DNA of 64,000 nucleotides from Fibrobacterales bacterium (GTDB lineage Bacteria; Fibrobacterota; Fibrobacteria; Fibrobacterales; JAOPTW01): NCBI GenBank assembly GCA_051532035.1, contig JAOPTW010000013.1, positions 256,001 to 320,000 of the forward strand, read 5' to 3'. Shown piece by piece: positions 31,651 to 42,200 of this stretch (position 1 is its first letter; each line of letters starts with the position of its first letter). The notes under the pieces were generated by a model. It saw only the letters and a program-made list of their open reading frames with translations, ran no database searches and was not told where the DNA came from. The position numbers and the translations under genes were made by a program.

Positions 31651-32290
31651 GAGTCTCTCCTTTCGAAGATATACTGTCTACGATGATGCTATCAGTTACA
31701 ATGATCACTGAATCTTCTAATTCCTCTTCAGGATTATATATCACACTGTTTTCTGACTCTTTGAGTATGTACACACTGAGTTGGACTTCTGCAACAATCT
31801 TTGGCTTATGAATATCCTCAGCACCGAGATGTATCTTTTTGATATTCACTACCATATCAAGATTCTCAAGGCCAGCAAGGTACTCATGGAGTAATTTAAA
31901 GTATCCTTCGAGTTTGAGCTCAAAAGGGTGCTCAATAAAGTCCTGATGTTCGATGGTACTGAGAGAAAAGATATCGGTAATCTTAAGTTGTTTATTACGG
32001 GCATTTTCAAGCAGTCGATCTAGAATGTAGGAGGACTTACCTGTTGTGGGGACAGACTTTTTAACTGACTGTATTTTATCCCAAATAATGTAATTATGCT
32101 GAAGCAGGCTATCAGCATAGCCAATCCGATCTTCAATGCCATCCAATTGTGTGGTCATGACCTGTTTTTCAAAAGCGGTATTAAGCAGCAGAGCCGTTAC
32201 AGGAATAAGTACAAACCAAACGCCCACAAAGAGTGTTAAGGCTGTTGTAAAAAATATGATTGGTGCTTTGAATTGTATTAATCTATTCAT
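31643..32290 (-). CDS. PilO/GspM-like protein
   Basis: TM segment, coiled coil, PFELKLEGYFKLLHEYLAGLE ferredoxin-like motif. Confidence 0.75.
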   Translation of the reverse strand: MNRLIQFKAPIIFFTTALTLFVGVWFVLIPVTALLLNTAFEKQVMTTQLDGIEDRIGYADSLLQHNYIIWDKIQSVKKSVPTTGKSSYILDRLLENARNKQLKITDIFSLSTIEHQDFIEHPFELKLEGYFKLLHEYLAGLENLDMVVNIKKIHLGAEDIHKPKIVAEVQLSVYILKESENSVIYNPEEELEDSVIIVTDSIIVDSISSKGETHE

Positions 32291-33687
32291 TCTGCAAGTA
32301 CCTCTATGACAAAATGAATCAAGTCTTTATTGTTGGCTTTAAGCTTAGTTTTTTTCTGAACTCGTTTACCTTCAATAAATTCAGTCGAGACTAATCGTAT
32401 TGATTTAAAACTCTTAACTTTTTCGAGTGTTGCAAGATAGAGACTTACTTTGACCTCTTGAGTTGTATACCCTGAAACGACATGTTTATACCCTGAGCCA
32501 GTCTCTTTTTCACTTTCCCAACTGTTAATCCACAGTTCACCAGGTACTGCACGGGCAATGGCGCCATAATCATGCATTACCCCACTGTTTTTTAACAATA
32601 TCCCTTCGACTAGCCCTTTCTCTGCGGCAATCTCTTTTTGTTTCTCTGTTACCTGCTCAATCTTTTTTAATTCCATCTCATAGGTGGATTCTGCATCTGC
32701 ATAGAGAAAAGCATTAACTCCATACCAAATACCCGAAATAAGAGATAGTGTTAGTAAGAGGAGCACAGGAAGAGAAGCGATCTTTAAGAGGTTAAAAGAC
32801 CAGTTGTTCCAATCATGCATAGAGTGAATTGCCTCTCTATTTTGGTCTCCGAGACTTATATCTAAATGTGAAACATTGGTTGCTTCACTAGCCAACGATT
32901 GAAATAACTCTGAATATGAATCAGAGTCAGTATTCCCAAGTCGCTTCACCGGTATATTAAATGTTTCTAAAATATAGCTCACAGCTTCACACTCAGTTAA
33001 GAGTATGACCTCAGAAAGCGGTTCTTCTAAAACACGAGCTTCCCAGTAGTATATAAAGGCCTTTTGGAGTTCAATGCGATATTTTTCTGGTTCTTCTACA
33101 GCAGTAGACTCCCCTATCTTTAAGGTGAGTGTATGGTGAAGTACTCCAGAGGTATAATACAAGATATGGGTTCGATCACTATCGATATAGAGCGCTGCCG
33201 AAGAGTATTCCACCGCAGGAGCTATGGTAAGGTAGCTCATAATTTCAGTAGGATAGATAGCCGCAACGGTTTCGAATCCTGCCGGGAGGCTACTGAGAAA
33301 CTCTGCTACGTGATCTTCTCGATATTGCATTAACATACGAAAGCCATTATCATCGAGATGGGTACAGTGCAGCTGATTTTTATCTATTCCAATGGGTTCT
33401 GCTCGTTCCTCTTCACTACTCAGTTCATCAGGGGTAAATTCAGTAATACTCCCGATATTGGTAATTTTAACCGGGATTCTATTGGTTACAACAGAAACCC
33501 CTTTGTGCTGCAAGTGGAGCTTTTGTGCCAAAAGAGAAGCTTCTTCATAGTCTCCTTTAAAGCTCTGAACAACGATGGCTTTGCCATTAACCATTTCAGT
33601 TCCAACGAGTAGTACGATCTCTTTCAGAAAGAGTGCGGCCCATTGTATTTTAGGTTCAAAAGGATTGTGAGGAAATAATTTCGTCAT
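32287..33687 (-). CDS. PilM/PilN-fused (GspL-like) protein
   Basis: Cytoplasmic N-terminal domain, single TM, then PilN-like VPGELWINSW..SGY..V..YLATL. Confidence 0.7.
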   Translation of the reverse strand: MTKLFPHNPFEPKIQWAALFLKEIVLLVGTEMVNGKAIVVQSFKGDYEEASLLAQKLHLQHKGVSVVTNRIPVKITNIGSITEFTPDELSSEEERAEPIGIDKNQLHCTHLDDNGFRMLMQYREDHVAEFLSSLPAGFETVAAIYPTEIMSYLTIAPAVEYSSAALYIDSDRTHILYYTSGVLHHTLTLKIGESTAVEEPEKYRIELQKAFIYYWEARVLEEPLSEVILLTECEAVSYILETFNIPVKRLGNTDSDSYSELFQSLASEATNVSHLDISLGDQNREAIHSMHDWNNWSFNLLKIASLPVLLLLTLSLISGIWYGVNAFLYADAESTYEMELKKIEQVTEKQKEIAAEKGLVEGILLKNSGVMHDYGAIARAVPGELWINSWESEKETGSGYKHVVSGYTTQEVKVSLYLATLEKVKSFKSIRLVSTEFIEGKRVQKKTKLKANNKDLIHFVIEVLAE

Positions 33688-33688
33688 A

Positions 33689-35743
33689 CTAGAATTCTTC
33701 TAACTTTTCCATATATTCATCAACATCAACCTTCCCTTCTGAATCATAGTAAATTCTGGGTGTTACAAAAATCATCAGTTGACTACGGCTCGTAACTTTT
33801 CGGACATTCTTAAAGAGCCAACCAAGTATTGGAATATCTCCTAACAGTGGCACTTGATTATGAACCTCTTGTTCGGACTCTTTAACCAGTCCCCCTAATA
33901 TAATAGTCTCACCATCTTTGAGTCTTACGGTTGATTTCATCGTTCTGTGATTGAGTGTTGGAGGTGCCGAGGCATCAAATGAACCTTCGGGTTCTGTAAA
34001 ATCAGGCAAAATTTCACAAGTCACTTCGTTTTTGCCCGTAACATAGGGAGTTACTGTCAGTGTTACGTTCGCTTCAATTTTTTCAAATCGCTCTGTAGTT
34101 GTATTTTTAACCGCACTGCCTGAGTTAATGTCTGTTGCACTCTTGAGAAGAAAGTACTGAGTTTGCCCAATAGTGAGTGTAGCAGTCTGACCATTCAGTG
34201 TCGCAATCTGAGGCTTTGAGCGTATTTTTAAAAATTTATTTCGTTCAAGTGCATCAATTTTAGCAGCAAAATTTTTGGGGAGTGACACAATATCTTTGAG
34301 CCCTGGTATGCCATCAAGAAAACTTTCTGTTTGATTTTTATTAACAACCTGGCTAAAAGAAGGAAACAGTTGTTCTGGCCCCCCACTTTGCATTGACTGA
34401 GGGTCCCCAATAAACATTGATATTCCATGCTCTCTTACTTTATCCATATCGATGTCGACAACCAGTGCCTCGATTAAAATCTGTGGTATGGGGAGGTCAA
34501 TTTTTTCAATATATTGACTAATCGCTTCAATCTGCTCATAGGTACCCACAACCATAATACCATTTTGAGAATTTACTACATTGATTTGGGTGTTTTTTGT
34601 AAGGCTCCCAGGAATAAGCTCTTTCACTTTATCTGCCTTCATATGAGTCATCATAATCAAACGAGAATTATTAACATTCTGCATTTTCTGTGGCCCAATA
34701 AAATAGATACCTTTGTTAACCCAAAAGGTGAACTCGTTGTCTCGGAAGATATATCGTAATGCATCGTTAATAGGTATATCTTTTACTTTAATATTTATCT
34801 GGCCAGACAATTTACCATAGACTACTGTACTAATCCCTGATTGATAGCTAATGGCACTAATAACTTCATTTATCTCGGCCTTCTGTGCTTCTATAGAAAC
34901 CGTATCTCCTTGTACATCTACCCAAATATTATTGGAGTTACGCTTGCCTTTTGCGCCGCTCATCTGTTTATAGAGCGTATAAATACCACGCTTTTCTTCG
35001 ATTCCCATATCATTCGTCTGTGCAAGAAGCCTCAGACCTTTATCAAATTTAAGGTTTTTAAAAAATGAGGTAATCTGACCTTTCACCCCTTTATCTGTTA
35101 CAATGGTTTTCCCCGTCAGCTCTATGAGTTTACGAACTACTTGTTTCGTTGGTGCATTTTCAATATCAATACTTAACGCACCATCTTTATAATCAATTTC
35201 CATTTTGATTTTAGGCTTTGGTTTTTCTTTTGGTTTAATTTTAGGCCTATACACTTTAATGACCCCATTATTTACCGAAAGTGCGAAACCATTTTCTCGA
35301 ACTATAGTTTTAATAACAGATTTTAATGGTAACCGAGCAAAGTTAACCGATACATTACCTTTCACTTCTGGAGATACATACACATTCAGGTTGTATTGTA
35401 CTGCAAGGCCCTGAAGAAGGTTTTGAATATCAGTCTCTTTTAAATTCAAAGACTCTACCATTATCGTATCCGAAATAGGGAGTTCAACCGCAACAGCTTC
35501 TGGTTTCGAAGGCTCTGAACTGCCACCTTTATGGTTCAGAGAAACATTTTCAGGAGTTGATTGAGTATTCCGCTGAGCCTTAGTGGAACTCGTTGGTTTC
35601 TGGGAGATAGTTTGTTTGCGTTGGAGCCGTTCATTGCGAACCAAGCGTAATGAATCTCTAATCTCTTTACGTCTTTTATTGTCGAGTCCCATAACCTGAG
35701 TTGCGAAAATAATTAGTAAAAGTAGGGGTAAAATTTTATTCAT
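33689..35743 (-). CDS. gspD: Secretin (GspD/PilQ family)
   Basis: ATG at 35743 with AGGA RBS. STN-like N-domains; PQILIEALVV; KPQIATLNGQTA; TVRLKDGETIILGGL; VPLLGDIPILGWLF; LMIFVTPRI. Confidence 0.92.
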   Translation of the reverse strand: MNKILPLLLLIIFATQVMGLDNKRRKEIRDSLRLVRNERLQRKQTISQKPTSSTKAQRNTQSTPENVSLNHKGGSSEPSKPEAVAVELPISDTIMVESLNLKETDIQNLLQGLAVQYNLNVYVSPEVKGNVSVNFARLPLKSVIKTIVRENGFALSVNNGVIKVYRPKIKPKEKPKPKIKMEIDYKDGALSIDIENAPTKQVVRKLIELTGKTIVTDKGVKGQITSFFKNLKFDKGLRLLAQTNDMGIEEKRGIYTLYKQMSGAKGKRNSNNIWVDVQGDTVSIEAQKAEINEVISAISYQSGISTVVYGKLSGQINIKVKDIPINDALRYIFRDNEFTFWVNKGIYFIGPQKMQNVNNSRLIMMTHMKADKVKELIPGSLTKNTQINVVNSQNGIMVVGTYEQIEAISQYIEKIDLPIPQILIEALVVDIDMDKVREHGISMFIGDPQSMQSGGPEQLFPSFSQVVNKNQTESFLDGIPGLKDIVSLPKNFAAKIDALERNKFLKIRSKPQIATLNGQTATLTIGQTQYFLLKSATDINSGSAVKNTTTERFEKIEANVTLTVTPYVTGKNEVTCEILPDFTEPEGSFDASAPPTLNHRTMKSTVRLKDGETIILGGLVKESEQEVHNQVPLLGDIPILGWLFKNVRKVTSRSQLMIFVTPRIYYDSEGKVDVDEYMEKLEEF

Positions 35744-35767
35744 AGTGTTTCCTAATAGCTCAATCAA

Positions 35768-37375
35768 TTAGATGGCTGTTACTCGAAGAACCTCTTCTGC
35801 AGTAGTTATTCCTGCAATTATCTTATAGAGTCCATCTTCTCGTAATGTGCGCATCCCTTCTTTGGTCGCTTCTTTGCGTATCGCAGATGCATCTGCTTTA
35901 TTTTTAATTAATTCTCTTACATTTTCAGTTACAGTGAGCACTTCAAAGAGTGCAACCCGTCCATCAAAACCGGTATCATTACAGTGAAAGCACCCCTTAC
36001 CCTTTTTTAGTACCGTATCAGGCGCGAGTGTGAGGCGTTTTAATATCTTCTCATCTGCAGTATATGCCCCTAGGCAGTGCATACAGTTTTTTCGAACCAG
36101 TCTTTGAGCTACTATCATCGAGACTGATGATGAAACCAAGAAGGGTTCAATACCCATATCAATCAATCGAGTAACCGCACTGGGCGCATCATTAGTATGA
36201 AGTGTTGAAAATACCAAGTGACCAGTCAGGGCAGCTCGTATAGAGAGTTCGGCTGTTTCGCCATCACGTATTTCACCCACCATTATCACGTCGGGGTCTT
36301 GACGAAGGAGTGTTCGTAAGGTATTTGCAAACGTAAGGTCAATTTCACTTTTAACATTCGTTTGAACAATGCCATCCATCTTATACTCTATGGGGTCTTC
36401 AACAGTACAGATATTTAGTTCAGTCGATTTAATCATATTGAGTGCGCTATAGAGAGTAGTGGTCTTACCTGAGCCCGTAGGGCCAGTAACCAAAATCATA
36501 CCATAGGGAAGCTGAATAAACTCTTTAAAGGTATCTAACCACTCTTTAGCAAATCCCAGCTTTTCGAGATCAAGGGATACTGCTGATTTATCGAGGATAC
36601 GAAGTACTATTTTTTGGCCATATTCAGTAGGGAGAGTACTGACACGAATATCAATAGTCTGACCATCACGTTCAAAATGGATTCGTCCATCTTGTGGTCG
36701 TCTCTTTTCTGCGATATCAATATTGGCCATCACTTTAATACGTGATATTACTTCTGGGGTATACTTAGAATGCACCCTTCTAAATACTTGTAAAATACCA
36801 TCGAGTCTGAAACGGATTTCTAACTCTTTTTCAAATGGTTCAAAGTGAATATCAGAGATACCCGATGTAACTGCATCGATAATCACATCATTGACCATTT
36901 TGATAATAGAGTTATCACCCATCAATCGTTTTACATGGCGTACCGGCTTATCCCTATCAGACAATACGACAGAACCTGACCTTCCCTTGTACAACTTATT
37001 AATCATCTTCTGTACTGTCTCAGGAGGAGCAACTACAGGTTCAATTTCCATACCAGAAATTAATTCAAGATCGAGTAACACTTCAAAATCTGTGGGATCA
37101 ACCAATCCGACTTTTAATTTCTGATCAGTAACAGACAAAGGAACAGCAAGGTAGCTACGAGCAGTTTCATAGGGAATAAGTTCTATTATTTCACGCGTAG
37201 GAGTATAGCCAGTAATATCTTCAATTACCAAACCAAGCTCTTTGATCAGCTCATTTCTGATTTTAGGTAGTGCGCTCTTCTGTTCTCCAAATACTCTTTC
37301 TAGGGTATCATCTAAATTGAGACCAGAAATCTTGCTCTCTTTAAGGAGATATTTTAGACCATTTGAAAAATCCAT
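35768..37375 (-). CDS. gspE: GspE/PilB family assembly ATPase
   Basis: SDIHFEP, RRPQDG, Walker A GPTGSGKTT, LRQDPDVIMVGEIRD, TGHLVFSTLHTN, CxxC..CxxC. Confidence 0.95.
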   Translation of the reverse strand: MDFSNGLKYLLKESKISGLNLDDTLERVFGEQKSALPKIRNELIKELGLVIEDITGYTPTREIIELIPYETARSYLAVPLSVTDQKLKVGLVDPTDFEVLLDLELISGMEIEPVVAPPETVQKMINKLYKGRSGSVVLSDRDKPVRHVKRLMGDNSIIKMVNDVIIDAVTSGISDIHFEPFEKELEIRFRLDGILQVFRRVHSKYTPEVISRIKVMANIDIAEKRRPQDGRIHFERDGQTIDIRVSTLPTEYGQKIVLRILDKSAVSLDLEKLGFAKEWLDTFKEFIQLPYGMILVTGPTGSGKTTTLYSALNMIKSTELNICTVEDPIEYKMDGIVQTNVKSEIDLTFANTLRTLLRQDPDVIMVGEIRDGETAELSIRAALTGHLVFSTLHTNDAPSAVTRLIDMGIEPFLVSSSVSMIVAQRLVRKNCMHCLGAYTADEKILKRLTLAPDTVLKKGKGCFHCNDTGFDGRVALFEVLTVTENVRELIKNKADASAIRKEATKEGMRTLREDGLYKIIAGITTAEEVLRVTAI

Positions 37376-37376
37376 A

Positions 37377-37976
37377 TTATTTTTGGTTGTTCAAACTGTC
37401 AATAATGGTGAATAGTCGATTTACTTCGGTACTACTATCAGTACGAATGAGATTGAGATGATTTAAAACTGAATCAATGATCTCAGAACTATCAGACTGG
37501 AGTGTTGTAAGAGAATTTTGTAGATCCTGGATTTCCAGAGTCGTGGTAGTATTTAAAGTGTCTATCTCCCTCCCTATTGAATCGAGCTTATCTTTAAGAA
37601 GGTCATTATCCCATTGGAGGGCAGAATCGGAAGTAAGTTCAAAGGTGATAACTCTGAATGCCATAGTCTCTAGTGAATCTTCTATGATTACTCTATCGAC
37701 CGTATCTGCTGTAGTGTATCCAGGTTTTGATACAATAATTTGATTTAGGCTACTTACTATGGCAGGAAAAGCCACCTTACCACTTGAATCCGTAAATTTA
37801 TGATAAAAGGTCATTTTATTATCTGTAATTTCTACGAGCACTGAGTCGAGGGTGACAGTTGAATTAGTTTCTCTAACATTAATAGTATAAAAAACTGTTG
37901 GTTCTTCTATATCTGCTTCCTGTATACAGGAGGTCATGAGTATTAAAAAAGAAAACATCAGCATTAAATAAAACAT
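37377..37976 (-). CDS. Lipoprotein, first gene of the secretion operon
   Basis: Lipobox MTSC; small beta domain (TDSSG..VSKPGY) then coiled coil; stop lies 1 bp before the gspE start. Confidence 0.7.
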   Translation of the reverse strand: MFYLMLMFSFLILMTSCIQEADIEEPTVFYTINVRETNSTVTLDSVLVEITDNKMTFYHKFTDSSGKVAFPAIVSSLNQIIVSKPGYTTADTVDRVIIEDSLETMAFRVITFELTSDSALQWDNDLLKDKLDSIGREIDTLNTTTTLEIQDLQNSLTTLQSDSSEIIDSVLNHLNLIRTDSSTEVNRLFTIIDSLNNQK

Positions 37977-38253
37977 AATCCCTCAAGTTAAAGAACAGCT
38001 TCAATTTAGAAAAATATACCAGTAATTTTAACCTCTAGAGATGTTTCATATTACTTTACAGATGCTACTTTCTAAGTAGAGTAAATGAGCATAGAGGCGG
38101 TATAGTTTTTTGAGTTTTCACATACACTACGGTAAAATATATGTTAACTTAACTCATTATTCGCTGAAGCTATATTCATCTGAATTTTCAGAATTAACTG
38201 CTAAACTTACAATACTTGATAGAAAATTAAAAAATCTCACAATTGTTCCCTTT

Positions 38254-39237
38254 TTAAGGGGTGTACTCAGCTTTTAAATCTCTTACACAGCGCATATTCA
38301 TAAATCCAGGCCGATCTAACCCATACCCATCAATGCCAGGCCCTAATATCATAACAAATCTTGGAGTAGAATTTATTCTAAAAGTTACTGATATACTTAA
38401 ATTTTCCATTTCATACTGAGGTGTTATTCTTCCGGATCCAACAAGCGAAAAGGCATAATCATCAGTTATCCAAGTTCCAACTGTAAATCCCGTTACCGCC
38501 GCAAGTTCAGTTCGGATCCCCCCATCATCTGCATCATATACTTCACCTAAATACAAGTAATCATCTGGTGTTGGAATATGCCAATCAATAGGACATGCTC
38601 CTTGATGTAGTGAGTCGATACAGTCTTCAATTGGATCACACGTTTCAGACACATCATACGTCTGATCTAAAGAATAATATCCACCGAATTCGTGTCTCAA
38701 TTCTGGTTCATTAATAAACATAACTTGACCAAACTGTACTGTCTCAGGATTGTACCTTAAATTTTGAGCCATCCACACCGCTTCACCAATTACTGTAAAG
38801 CGATATTCATTTCCATCTCGGCTATCTATAAATAGTGAATCGGATTTAAGAAGTGTAGGGTCGAACCAAGGAAATTTCAGCGAATCACCTACATTAGTGG
38901 TAGATGACGAACTAACTACTTCGCCGACATAACTTGAAATTGGTAAGGCCTCTGCTTCAGAGCTACTAGAATGATCGTTACTTTCAAAAAAGCTTGAAGA
39001 ATTTAGCAGGGAAAAGGAACTATTCGCTGCTATACTTTGATTTTCTATTTCTGAACTTAAAATACTTTCACTCGAAAACGAACTTAGTTTTTGGTCAATA
39101 CTACTTAACAATTCATTTGACTCAATTTGAGATTTATTTGAGTCAGTATTATACATGCATGCACTAAGGACCAGCAAAACAGCCAACCCTATTAGTATAT
39201 TATTCATAAAAGAACCTGATTGAGCATTTATATTCAT
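38254..39237 (-). CDS. FISUMP-domain lipoprotein
   Basis: Lipobox LSAC; Ser linker; DSRDGNEY..IGEAVWMAQNLRY..QGACPIDWHIPT..MRCVRD. Confidence 0.85.
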   Translation of the reverse strand: MNINAQSGSFMNNILIGLAVLLVLSACMYNTDSNKSQIESNELLSSIDQKLSSFSSESILSSEIENQSIAANSSFSLLNSSSFFESNDHSSSSEAEALPISSYVGEVVSSSSTTNVGDSLKFPWFDPTLLKSDSLFIDSRDGNEYRFTVIGEAVWMAQNLRYNPETVQFGQVMFINEPELRHEFGGYYSLDQTYDVSETCDPIEDCIDSLHQGACPIDWHIPTPDDYLYLGEVYDADDGGIRTELAAVTGFTVGTWITDDYAFSLVGSGRITPQYEMENLSISVTFRINSTPRFVMILGPGIDGYGLDRPGFMNMRCVRDLKAEYTP

Positions 39238-39249
39238 TATAGAAAAATA

Positions 39250-42200
39250 TTAATGAACAAACTCAAATTTTTGAGCATCAGTCCCGTTACAATCAACTGA
39301 TCGTATATTGGCACCAGACCAGGTTGCTGCACCTTCTATATCTAGACACTCTATACTATTTGTAAGAGGCGTTAATGTATAAGTGCCATTACCTGCATCT
39401 TTAAACTTCCACTGTTGGCTCGAACCAGGAGAGGAATTACCCCACTGGTGTACATTTTCTGACTGCCCGCCCCAGGAAACATCTAAATACTTTCCCGAAT
39501 TCTTATTGGTAAGTGAGTATACATCAGAGCCAAGGTGGTCTACGATCCAGTACTGTGCATTTGATTGATTACAATCCCATTGACGTACATTTGCACCATC
39601 ACTGTAACTTGCACCATCAACATCTACACATTTGTTACTGATATTGTTACGGATTTCGTATACGCCATCGAGGTATACAGGTTCATTTGATTTGTCTATC
39701 AGCTCAAAGCGTTGAGAACCATCTTTATTACAATGATGTGCCTCTACATTGGCACCAGCATGCTCACTTCCACCTGCAATAGTCAAACATTCAGTAGTTT
39801 TACTTTGAGGTATTAATGCATAGGTTCCATTACCTGTGTATTCAACCGTCCACTTTTGACTTGGCCCAGTAGATACATATTGCCATTGCTGTACATTTGC
39901 ATCTACTCCACCCCAAGCAACATCGAGTACTCTACCAGAATTAACGTTCTTGACTTGATATTCATCGTTTCCAAGGTCTGTAAATTCCCAGCGTTGTGCA
40001 TTGGTATTATTACAAGTAAATTGTTGAACGTTTGCAGCTTCATTCTGAGAACCATTGACCACATCTACACATAAATTACTGACATTATTTCGTATTTCAT
40101 ATATTCCAGTAAAATCAACAGGGTCAGTATTTACCACATTGAATCTAAAACTCTGCGCCTCAGTTTCATTACAGTCATACACCTGTACATTAATATTAGC
40201 AGGAATTTGACGGCCTACTACATCGAGACATTTCTCTTCATTACTTTTGGGTTGCAGGGTATAAACGCCCTCAGTGACCTCTTCGATTTTCCATTTACGA
40301 TGATCACCCCATGAATTTGGCCCCCATTGTTGAACATTGGAGCCTTTACCAAAATCTGCAACATCTAGAAACTTACCTGAATTGAGGTTTTTAAACTGAT
40401 AATATCCCTTTCCAATGTAAGAGACTTCCCAGCGTTGAGTATGGGTTGTGTTACAATCAAATTGCTGTACATTTGCTCCGTCATCTAAACTAGCATCATC
40501 AACTTCAACACAACGATTAGAGTGAATGTTTTGTATCTCATATATCCCTGCTACAACAACTATCGGGTCTTCCCAAATAATATATACCGGATATATTACA
40601 GGACTTGGATCTGAAACAGAGTTCTTAACGACTACATCAATTTTCTTTTGAAATGGCAGAATGGACAAAGGATAATGCCCTACCGATGTCATCGTGGCAC
40701 CCTGTACTTCTACAACTTTACCATTGATATTCACAATTTCTAAATCAGACATATTGATGTTTTTGGCGATTCTAATTGTTAAAGATCCTGTTGGACTATA
40801 TGTTAGTGATTTTGAATTTACCTCAATTTCAACACCAGACATAACAAGTAATGGATCTGGGGTAAAATCTGGTTCCAATATAACTTTTATGAACTCATCA
40901 CCGGGCAAAGTACTCCCTCCTGGTTCATCAGCATCAGAAGAGTTACCTGGGGTTCCAGGTCTAATAATTAGCGTGTCCGAGCAATTTGGTTTACACTCTG
41001 AAATATCAATTATGATATAATCACCAGGATAATACCTTTCAAAATCATACTCAACAAACCCATCATTAAAAATCACTGGATAAACACGATATGTCCCATC
41101 ACCATCGCCATCATCATTCACTTCATCCAAAGGAAATATGATTGGATTGGAAGGATTATGAGGATCAAAAGGGGTTATTGGTGTTATTCCATCCAACTTA
41201 ATATCTATTGAAGATCCCAAGCCCGGTAGGCCAACGGATTGTTTCTTAGTAATAGCATAATTATATGTCAAAGGAGACATTGCTCCACTACTTGGATAAA
41301 CAACCACTTTATAAGTATTTTTCCCTTGATACAATGGCAAATTTAAAGAAGCCGGTGTCGCTGATATAACTTCGTTAGTAATATCGCATTGCCCTGCTGA
41401 TTTTGCCCAGCATATTTCATCCTCTTCATTAAGAATATATACTTTCCCAACATCTGCTAAATTAGATGCGGCAAATGAAAACCGTGCAATATTCGTATTT
41501 GAATTCATTTTTGCAGTAGCTTGATAGTTTAAGATATATGGTTTATAATTCCAAGTATAATCGATACCATGCAAGGTAGTACCTTCAATACCTTTAATGT
41601 CCATAGATGATAAAGTTAAATCTTTATCACCAGTAGAATTATAATCCAGAACACTAACAAACTTATCTGTTTTTAATATGCCTACAGTCTCAACACCACC
41701 ATTTTTACCAAAAGATACTTTTTTTGCATTTGTATTAGCAAGGGATGTAAAGGCAGGGTTTCCAACAGATTTCCAATCAGTACCATTCCATTTAATAACC
41801 GATAACCTATCATTATTTTGAAACCCATGAAATGCTAAATATGGAACACCACTATTAACACTAAAATCAAAATCATCGACATCTTTTTGTAAAAACAGTT
41901 CAATGTCTTTTGAGGTTGGGCCATTTGGAAGAGCAAACCAGTGATGCCCATTTGCATTTGTATATGTTTTATCGTATGAATACACTGAAACAATATAGTT
42001 TTCTGATAATGCAACTCCTGAACCATAACTATCAGTATACGGTTCATACGTTTGGTGTTTTGCCGCTATTACCGGTTGATTATTATAAAAATCTAATACA
42101 AAGTGATCTACCATAGGGGCGGCAAAATCATCCGCCTCAAGTGACCCAAGAAAATCAGAATTATCAAACGCGTCAATAGTTCCCCAATGTTCATTTCCTG

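Noticed and set aside
6380..39237. Diversity-generating retroelement targeting the FISUMP domains
   Set aside because: No reverse transcriptase seen, and I noticed no template/variable repeat pair differing at adenines.
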